From the IMG/VR virus record IMGVR_UViG_3300013767_000084, positions 1 through 38,838 of that record: a stretch of DNA of 38,838 nucleotides. One strand, given 5' to 3'. The stretch comes from a virus. Taxonomy: Duplodnaviria; Caudoviricetes. The stretch's first letter is position 1, and every line of letters starts with the position of its first letter. Positions 33,741 through 38,838 of this stretch are shown piece by piece. A program made the translations under genes and the position numbers. The notes under the pieces are model-generated. The model was not told where the DNA came from and made no database searches. It worked only from the letters and a program-made list of their open reading frames with translations.

Positions 33741-35126
33741 TCAGGCCGCCGCGATCTTCAGCAGCTTGATCGCCTGGGTGTTGCGCAGCTTGCCGCCCAC
33801 GCGACGGCGCACGTAGAACTTGACGAAGCCCGGCGTGGTGATCTCGTCACGGGTGATACGCATGCCTACGCGGTCGACGATCAGGTAGCCCTCCTTGAAG
33901 TCACCGAAGGCGACCGGGAAGGAGTTGGCCGCTACCGCCGGCATGTCCTCGGCCTCCTTGATGCCGTAGCCCAGGAAGGTATCCGGCTGGCCGACAGCCA
34001 TAGACGGCTGCCAGAGATACTGGCCGGTCGAATCCTTGTACTTGCGGATGGCACCCAGGACCAGCTTGCTGGTCAGCCAGTTGGCATTGTTGCGGTACCG
34101 GGCGCGCAACGAGTACACCAGGTCGTAGAACGTGTCGAGGCTGGTCGGCATCGCGGCAGCCTGGCCAGACGCGACGTATTGCAGCGTGCCAAAGGCGCGA
34201 CCAGCGTCGGCCGTAGCGACCGGCGCCGGGCCACCCAGGATGCCGGTTGGCTTCTTGGTGCCGTTGCCATTGACGAAGGCAGCACCTTCACCCTGGCCGA
34301 GCGCCTCCGAGGCGCCATCCACCAGCCAGGCCTCGACGTCGAAGAACAGGTCATCCAGCGACTCTTCCGAGGCCTGCGGCTTCGCCGAAGCCATGCCGAA
34401 GGTCGGGGCCACTTCGTACAGGTCGTCCGTGTTGGTCTGGCTGCGGGTATCGCCTTCGCCCACCCACTCGAAACCAGCACCCTCGATGTCGATTAGCTCC
34501 TTGTAGTCGGAGCTGCCGACGGTGCGCACCGTCGCCAGTTGGCGGATCGGCGAAATGTCGAGGGTCAGGCGGGAAATCTGGCGCTCGATGATCTCGGGCA
34601 GCGCGTAGCCACCCGCCGAGCCAGTCGAGGTGATCACCTGCGCGGCACGACGCTCCCGCGGACCAGCCTTCGACTTGGCCGTGATCGCGCCGATCGCTTC
34701 CTTGAGCTTCGCCTCGCAGTCGATGTCGTTCGACTTGCGGATCCAGTTACCCAGGGCCTCGCGGTACTCGGTAACTTCCGGCGTCTCGTCGTCCTGGCGG
34801 CCGCCGCTGTGCAGGGCGCCAGGGCGGGAAAGCTTCAATTCGAGCTTTTCGAGCCGACTCTTCTGCTCGGACAGGCCATTCATGTGGTCGTCCATCTTGG
34901 CGAGCTTGGCGTCCAACGCTTCGGTCGACTGGCCTTTCTTGATGGCCTCGATGCGCTGATCGTTGGTCTTCTTGTACTCCTCGAAAGCGGTCGCGATCTT
35001 GTCGATCGCCTCGGCCACCGACTTGATCGTCGGGTCTTCACGCTTTTCGTAGACCAGGGCAGCGGCCTTGGCCTGGAAGGCGACGAAATGCGCGGCCATC
35101 GCGGCCGCCAGTGCGAATTTTTTCAT
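33741..35126 (-). CDS. Major capsid protein, HK97 fold
   Basis: Coiled-coil delta domain, AGGYALPE, WVGEG, FVNGNGTKKPTGIL, KDSTGQYLW, AFGDFK, RRVGG. Confidence 0.95.
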   Translation of the reverse strand: MKKFALAAAMAAHFVAFQAKAAALVYEKREDPTIKSVAEAIDKIATAFEEYKKTNDQRIEAIKKGQSTEALDAKLAKMDDHMNGLSEQKSRLEKLELKLSRPGALHSGGRQDDETPEVTEYREALGNWIRKSNDIDCEAKLKEAIGAITAKSKAGPRERRAAQVITSTGSAGGYALPEIIERQISRLTLDISPIRQLATVRTVGSSDYKELIDIEGAGFEWVGEGDTRSQTNTDDLYEVAPTFGMASAKPQASEESLDDLFFDVEAWLVDGASEALGQGEGAAFVNGNGTKKPTGILGGPAPVATADAGRAFGTLQYVASGQAAAMPTSLDTFYDLVYSLRARYRNNANWLTSKLVLGAIRKYKDSTGQYLWQPSMAVGQPDTFLGYGIKEAEDMPAVAANSFPVAFGDFKEGYLIVDRVGMRITRDEITTPGFVKFYVRRRVGGKLRNTQAIKLLKIAAA

Positions 35127-35139
35127 GTGTGTTGTCCTA

Positions 35140-35838
35140 TCAGGATTGGAGGGAAGACAGCAGGCGGCTGGCCGCCTTGAGTGCCACGACGGTCGATTCA
35201 GCGGACTCACTCCGCGTCTCTCCCATCCGCATGAGGCGCGACACCAGCGCTGTGGCGTCCGCCTTGGAGAACCCGGCCTCTCGCAGGATTCGTTCAGCGT
35301 CTTTCGGCGAATTCACGTCGTCAGGCGAGGCCTTGATGTTCGTAACGCGCGCCTTTTCGTTAGCAGGAAACGTCACCAGGGACACTTCCCACAGATCGAT
35401 GGCGGTCAGCACACGTACGCCGTCATCGTTGTACTTCGAGGTGCCCGGCACGGACTGAAAGCCGATCGACAGGCCGTTGAGCGCACCCAATTTGACCAGC
35501 GCATGGGCCTCCTTGCCGCGCACCGTATCAAGCGCGAGCTGGCCTTTGACGCGCAAGCCCTTCTCGTCCTCGACCATCTCGGTCCAGACGCCAATCGGCT
35601 CGCAGGCGTCGTGCTGCCACAGCATGGCTGGCATCGTGCCCTCATCGACATGCTCTTTCAGGGACTCACTGAACGCGCCCTTGGCGATCACGTCGTCGTA
35701 GTTGTCCCGCACACCGAAGACCGAACCATAGCCTTCGATGGCGCCATCGTCGCCGGTCGCCTTGATCTGCAGCGCAAAGCTGCGGACCTCGCGACCACCG
35801 GCCGACGAGCGAAGTTCAAGTGTTACCCGTTTGCGCAT
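35140..35838 (-). CDS. HK97-family prohead protease
   Basis: IEGYGSVFG, MLWQHD, GLSIGF, LWEVSLVTFPAN. Confidence 0.95.
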   Translation of the reverse strand: MRKRVTLELRSSAGGREVRSFALQIKATGDDGAIEGYGSVFGVRDNYDDVIAKGAFSESLKEHVDEGTMPAMLWQHDACEPIGVWTEMVEDEKGLRVKGQLALDTVRGKEAHALVKLGALNGLSIGFQSVPGTSKYNDDGVRVLTAIDLWEVSLVTFPANEKARVTNIKASPDDVNSPKDAERILREAGFSKADATALVSRLMRMGETRSESAESTVVALKAASRLLSSLQS

Positions 35839-37033
35839 CTTGCGTTCCTTGTTTGCCCTGCGTCATATTGAGAGGGGTCAGCGGCTCGTCCAGACCAGGC
35901 AACGGCTCCTTGCCGTCCTCGTCCCGGATCTCATTGCGGGTGTAGATGCCCATCTCCGCCATCGCCCGGGCCCAGACGGAGCGGTCCTTCATCGACCCGG
36001 CCATCAAGTAGCGGGTATCGAACTCCGCATAGAGCGGACCTGCACCGTCGAGAAGCATCTCGTCCATTCGCTGCGACCACGCCCTGTGCCATGGTGCGAG
36101 CGTGTGCTTGACGTGCGCGGCGAAGAAGGCCTCCGAGCTGGCGAACGTTGCCGCCTTGTCGGAGTGGCCGACGATGATGGGAAACACCCCGTAGCCGCGG
36201 CAGATCTCCTCGACCTGCAGGCGTCGTGTTTCCACGTGCTGCGCGTCGACACCGGAGATCCCCGTACTGAACCACTTCGCGTCCCGGTCGAGAATCATAG
36301 GGTTCCCCGCATTCTCCGGGCCGCCCTGCTTCTTGACCCAGTCAGTCAGGCGCGCGTGCTGATCCTTATCCAGCGTGCCGGTCACGGTGTACGTGCCGCT
36401 GGGCCGCAAGCCGTTCGCGTGCATGGCCGCCTGACTCTTCTCGGTGGCAATGGCGAGCCCGATGGCCGAGCGCGCCAGCGCGACGGCGTTGAGGCTCCTT
36501 ACCCAGTCCCACTGCACACCATGCAGCAGGAAGACATCATCGGGCTCGAACTCGCCGATCATCCCGAATTCGTCCCAGCAGCGGTACCGGACCTCATAGC
36601 GCGAGAGCCGATGCACGTCCCACTGCCCCGGCTGCACCGGCAGCAGCTCCTGCACGCGTCGGTTATTGCCGCGCACCTTGATCGACAGCGCGGCGCCGGT
36701 CAGCGCGGCATGGATGGTCATCTGGCGGCGCCACTCGAATGACGTCTGCCACTCGTTTGGGCGACGCGCCAGTAGCCGGTACTCCGGGATGTTGGTCGCC
36801 TTTTGACGGCCCCCGTTCTCCGTTTCCCGGTAGACATGTAGGTTCGGCGTGGCACAGCCATCGGCAATGGCCTTGACGCACGCCAGGACAGTCGCCACCT
36901 GCAGCGCCGTCTTGTCATTGACGACGACACCGGCAATTCGACCGCCACCGTTGCCATCAATCAGAGCTGCAACCTGGTCATAGGTCAGCTGCGTCGCCTT
37001 ACGCTCCACGACACCTCGCGCGAAGGCTCCCAT
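35816..37033 (-). CDS. Portal protein, HK97 family
   Basis: ALQVATVLACVKAIA, RPNEWQTSFEWR, VEEICRGYGV, GIYTRNEIR. Confidence 0.95.
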   Translation of the reverse strand: MGAFARGVVERKATQLTYDQVAALIDGNGGGRIAGVVVNDKTALQVATVLACVKAIADGCATPNLHVYRETENGGRQKATNIPEYRLLARRPNEWQTSFEWRRQMTIHAALTGAALSIKVRGNNRRVQELLPVQPGQWDVHRLSRYEVRYRCWDEFGMIGEFEPDDVFLLHGVQWDWVRSLNAVALARSAIGLAIATEKSQAAMHANGLRPSGTYTVTGTLDKDQHARLTDWVKKQGGPENAGNPMILDRDAKWFSTGISGVDAQHVETRRLQVEEICRGYGVFPIIVGHSDKAATFASSEAFFAAHVKHTLAPWHRAWSQRMDEMLLDGAGPLYAEFDTRYLMAGSMKDRSVWARAMAEMGIYTRNEIRDEDGKEPLPGLDEPLTPLNMTQGKQGTQDAQTGNT

Positions 37034-37224
37034 TACTGACCTCCACGCGCCATCAGCACACCGCCTGCAATCAACAGAATGCCGCCGACGATGTAGCCGG
37101 CTGCCGCATACACCAGCCCGGCGCCGTATGCGATCCCGATGCCCCCCACGGCCATTAGTGCGTCAGGGAGCCACGCGACGCCGGCAGCCAGCGCCGCCTT
37201 GATAGGCTTCTCGAATCGTTTCAT
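37033..37224 (-). CDS. Small two-TM protein between terL and portal
   Basis: 63 aa hydrophobic; TAATG overlap with the portal start. Confidence 0.7.
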   Translation of the reverse strand: MKRFEKPIKAALAAGVAWLPDALMAVGGIGIAYGAGLVYAAAGYIVGGILLIAGGVLMARGGQ

Positions 37225-37232
37225 GTGGTGAT

Positions 37233-38838
37233 TTACTCCCAGAATGATTGGCCGACCGGTTGCGCCACCATGGCGCGGTTAAGCGCCGTAATCGCGGCGA
37301 CCACACCGTCGATCTTGTTCTCGGGCCGCTCCTTGTTCGGGTAGATGTTGTCCTTGCGGTCGAGGTGAGCGACCACGTTGGAGACCATCCAGGCCAGCAC
37401 CGGATCGCCATCGTGCTCAAGCAGTCCGGCGAGCACGAGCGCCTCGATCTGCTTCATCGGCTCACTGAAGTTCAGGACGGTCGCACGCACCTCGGTCATC
37501 GGAATGCCCTCAGCGATCAGGTGCCCCGACAACTGCGTCGCCTGGAACGGATCGAAGCCGACCTCTGGCACATTGAAGTCCGCACAGTCGTCGCGAATGT
37601 GGTCTTCGATCAAGTCGTAGTCGGTCACCTCGCCATCCGTGACGATGAGCTTCCCTTCGCGCCGCCAGCCGTCGTACTGGCTGTTGGTGCTGTTCTCGAC
37701 CGCCCGCTCCGGCAGGTAGTACTTGCCCAGGAGCGCCCACTTCTTGCGCCCGGCCTGCGGCGGGAACAACGTCATCTTTGCCGCGATATCGACTTTGCTG
37801 GCCAAGTCGAGCCCGATGTAGCATTCCAACCCGCGCAGGTCTTCGAGACGCAGATTTGGGTTCGCGCATCGGTCCCAGGCCGCCATGTCCATCCAGGGCG
37901 AATCCGCGTTGACCCATATGTTCAGGCGCTTCGTCAGGAAGTTGGCAACCGCGCTGGCCATGGACATCGCCTTGCGACAGGCCATTTCCATGTCATCGAT
38001 CAGCACCGAGACGCCGAGATTCGGATTCGCCTTGATCCACACCGAAGGATCGCGCCAGTCATCACCTTCGTCGAGAGTGAAGATGATGGCAAAGAAGGTC
38101 TCATCCTCGACCACTCGATCAAGGATCTTGGTCGCGTGCGTGCGCTGCTCGTAGCAGATGCCAGTACGGTCGGTACCGGCCGTGGTGATCATCCACAGCA
38201 GCGACTGGTCTCGCGCACCGGTCGCCGAGTCGATCACGTCGAACACGTCGCGCGTCTTGTGCGCGTGCAGCTCGTCGATGATGCCACCGTGAATGTTCAG
38301 GCCGTCCAGCGTGCTGCCCTCGGCGGACAGCGGCAGGAACTTGCAGGCCTCCTCCTCGATGAGCAGCTGATGCTGCAACACCTCGATGCCGAGCGCCTCG
38401 CACATTTCCGGCTCACGCATGGCCATGCGTCGCGCGTCGTCAAACACGATGCGCGCTTGGTCACGCGTGGTCGCCGCGCTGTACACCTCGGCGCCCGGCT
38501 CGTTATCGGCGCCGAACAGATACAGCGCGATGCCCGACGACTTCGCCGACTTTCCGTTCTTGCGCGCGACCTCTTCGTAGGCGCGGCGGTACCGGCGCAG
38601 ATCCGCATCGGTACGCAGCCAGCCAAACACGGTGGTCAGGATGAAAACCTGCCACGGCTCCAGCTTGATGCGCTCTTTCGTGCGCGCCCACCGACCTTTG
38701 GTGTGCGGCAGCAGCTCGATGAAGCTGCAGATGCGCTCAGCCGCCTCGATGTCGAAGCGGAAAGGGAACGCAGGATCGCCCTTTTCGGCCCTGGCCAGGT
38801 CGCGTACTTGGCGCTCGCACGCCAGCTTCACCCACTTG
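37233..38838 (-). CDS. terL: Terminase large subunit (main part; starts at 256 across the junction)
   Basis: LEPWQVF, VARKNGKS Walker A, IIDELH Walker B, ITTAG, GLDLASKVD, NKIDGVVA. Confidence 0.96.
   Translation of the reverse strand, partial: KWVKLACERQVRDLARAEKGDPAFPFRFDIEAAERICSFIELLPHTKGRWARTKERIKLEPWQVFILTTVFGWLRTDADLRRYRRAYEEVARKNGKSAKSSGIALYLFGADNEPGAEVYSAATTRDQARIVFDDARRMAMREPEMCEALGIEVLQHQLLIEEEACKFLPLSAEGSTLDGLNIHGGIIDELHAHKTRDVFDVIDSATGARDQSLLWMITTAGTDRTGICYEQRTHATKILDRVVEDETFFAIIFTLDEGDDWRDPSVWIKANPNLGVSVLIDDMEMACRKAMSMASAVANFLTKRLNIWVNADSPWMDMAAWDRCANPNLRLEDLRGLECYIGLDLASKVDIAAKMTLFPPQAGRKKWALLGKYYLPERAVENSTNSQYDGWRREGKLIVTDGEVTDYDLIEDHIRDDCADFNVPEVGFDPFQATQLSGHLIAEGIPMTEVRATVLNFSEPMKQIEALVLAGLLEHDGDPVLAWMVSNVVAHLDRKDNIYPNKERPENKIDGVVAAITALNRAMVAQPVGQSFWE
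38648..38838. repeat. Terminal direct repeat (assembly overlap), copy 2
   Basis: Matches 1-191 with a single mismatch. Confidence 0.97.

Overview
The window is one complete, circularly permuted genome of a temperate long-tailed phage. Positions 1-191 repeat at 38648-38838 with one synonymous mismatch, so the circle is about 38,647 bp and the contig is opened inside terL. The virion module is HK97-like: HNH, terS, terL, portal, protease, capsid, head-tail joining genes, tail tube, frameshifted tail chaperones, tape measure, tail tip and a beta-helix tailspike. There is also a GH19 endolysin/holin/Rz-Rz1 lysis cassette and a lambdoid cI/cro/cII/O-like/Q-like control region. I see no integrase, resolvase or protelomerase. 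In their place is a full low-copy plasmid module: parA, parB, three dispersed 25-bp palindromes (candidate parS), an iteron origin with DnaA-box-like sites, repA, kfrA and a dif-like XerC/XerD site. I therefore infer a circular phage-plasmid that probably borrows host XerCD. Accessory cargo: (i) a 1,989-bp ISL3 element with an exact 8-bp target duplication carrying a DNA methyltransferase passenger; (ii) two divergent acyltransferase-3 genes plus a stand-alone SGNH protein between the tailspike and lysis genes, a probable surface-glycan O-acylation cassette; (iii) a Rap1a-like secreted protein next to the dif-like site. High GC and gene style suggest a betaproteobacterial (Burkholderiaceae-like) host, which is inference only. 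All family assignments come from motif recognition by eye, not from database searches.
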